A stretch of 64,000 nucleotides of DNA from Phascolarctobacterium sp. (GTDB lineage Bacteria; Bacillota; Negativicutes; Acidaminococcales; Acidaminococcaceae), in NCBI GenBank assembly GCA_017457085.1, contig JAFTID010000048.1:4893-68892 (forward strand). Reading direction: 5' to 3'. How positions within the stretch are numbered: the stretch's first letter is position 1; every line of letters begins with the position of its first letter. A program made the translations under genes and the position numbers. Below the pieces are notes generated by a model, which made no database searches, was not told where the DNA came from, and saw only the letters and a program-made list of their open reading frames with translations. Shown here one piece after another: positions 63,121 through 64,000 of the stretch.

Positions 63121-64000
63121 ATGAAAGTTAGTAAATTTAAAAAGGCTGCCATTCTTGCAAGTGTTTTAGGTGGTTTAACTTTTAATGGTAGTGTTAATGC
63201 TGCACCAATAAGTGTTTTTAGTAGTTTTGACCAAAGTGCTTATTCTGATGTAGCAATTATAAATGGTTCGTATGTAAATTCCACTATTGATACCAACATA
63301 GACTTTGTTTTGGCAGATGGAAATAATGGCGATATGAAAGCATATGGGTTTTCTGTTGGTGGAAAGGAGCAAATTTATTTAAGTGGATATGGTTCAGGAA
63401 TACCCGATTATTTGTTTAATACAGGTGAGTGGGAAAAATACGCTGCAACTGGCAGGACAGAGGAAGCAACTAATGTTTTTGACGCAGTAAAACATGGTAA
63501 TCATATTTACTTGGCTGGCTCTTCTTATGGTACTATTGGTATTGCAACAGTAGTAGATGTTGAAAATGATGATGTAGACCAATTATCTATTTTGACAAGA
63601 GATTTGAAGCAAGATTTAATTGAAAATGAATATCTTGCAGAGAATGATGATTTGGCAGTAGCAACACGTTCTTTGCTGCTGGATGGTGACTATTTGTATG
63701 CTTTAGTGGCTAGGCATGATGGTGATCCTATTTGGATGACAACAAATTACTCTAATGGATATTTGATGAAATATAAAATAGATTCTACAGGTAAGTTGAC
63801 ATTTATTGATGCAATTGCAACTGGTCTTGGTGGTGCTTATACCAAAATTCAAAAATACAATAACTTATTATATTCTGCATCAGTTGGGACAGGTGATTCT
63901 CAAAATAATGCACCTTACAACGGTGGATATAATGATACTTCTAGTTTAGATGTGGTGCAACTTGGTCAATATGAAGAGTTTGTTTCAAGTGAAGCGGTTA
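63121..64000 (+). CDS. Secreted protein of unknown function, 3'-truncated by the window end
   Basis: The ATG at 63121 follows AAAGGA, and the frame stays open for 293 codons to the window edge. It is not in the ORF track because no stop is reached. Signal peptide MKVSKFKKAAILASVLGGLTFNGSVNA. Confidence 0.6.
   Translation, partial: MKVSKFKKAAILASVLGGLTFNGSVNAAPISVFSSFDQSAYSDVAIINGSYVNSTIDTNIDFVLADGNNGDMKAYGFSVGGKEQIYLSGYGSGIPDYLFNTGEWEKYAATGRTEEATNVFDAVKHGNHIYLAGSSYGTIGIATVVDVENDDVDQLSILTRDLKQDLIENEYLAENDDLAVATRSLLLDGDYLYALVARHDGDPIWMTTNYSNGYLMKYKIDSTGKLTFIDAIATGLGGAYTKIQKYNNLLYSASVGTGDSQNNAPYNGGYNDTSSLDVVQLGQYEEFVSSEAV

Overview
Moderately AT-rich 64-kb window, coded almost entirely on the + strand. 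It looks like a diderm Firmicute (Negativicutes-type): Firmicute-style Shine-Dalgarno sites and TTGACA/TATAAT promoters occur together with four TonB-dependent outer-membrane receptors. This taxon call is inference.

Content, in order:
- A CbiZ-like corrinoid salvage gene plus a TIM-barrel gene.
- TonB receptor 1.
- An orphan AAA ATPase on the - strand.
- An orphan periplasmic binding protein (PBP).
- A 105-aa His/Cys protein with an internal duplication.
- A MerR/GyrI-like regulator on the - strand.
- A 7-gene operon: NifH-like, NifD-like, NifK-like, PBP, FecCD permease, CobN-type chelatase, radical-SAM/SPASM.
- A second operon: ChlI-like, ChlD-like, RND adaptor, RND pump, probably followed by TonB receptor 2.
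- A duplicated module of receptor plus a 183/185-aa secreted protein. It is interrupted by a second AAA ATPase and an AlbA_2-type gene.
- PBP, ABC ATPase and an exported CbiK-like chelatase.
- A roughly 21-kb, 19-gene operon. It opens with a secreted protein, an atypical ECF-type transporter, a beta-propeller protein and an ABC exporter. It then runs through anaerobic cobalamin genes cbiD-F-G-H-J-ET-A-B, cobD, a phosphomutase-like gene, cbiP, cobO and cbiC.
- A cobalamin riboswitch, a small ORF, an attenuator, an 896-aa TonB receptor and a truncated secreted protein.

Most striking observations:
1. Eleven copies of one promoter architecture occur across the window: -35, exactly 19 bp of spacer carrying an ACTATATA-N5-TATATAGT-type dyad, then -10. 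This is the MerR-family signature. It ties essentially all uptake, chelatase and B12 genes into one putative regulon, probably under the divergently encoded MerR/GyrI regulator.
2. A nitrogenase-like reductase, a class I (CobN/ChlI/ChlD) chelatase and a SPASM radical-SAM enzyme are embedded in import and efflux machinery. I read this as an uncharacterised imported-tetrapyrrole processing system.

No rRNA, tRNA, CRISPR array or transposase was recognised. All protein family calls are by-eye motif recognition, not searches.
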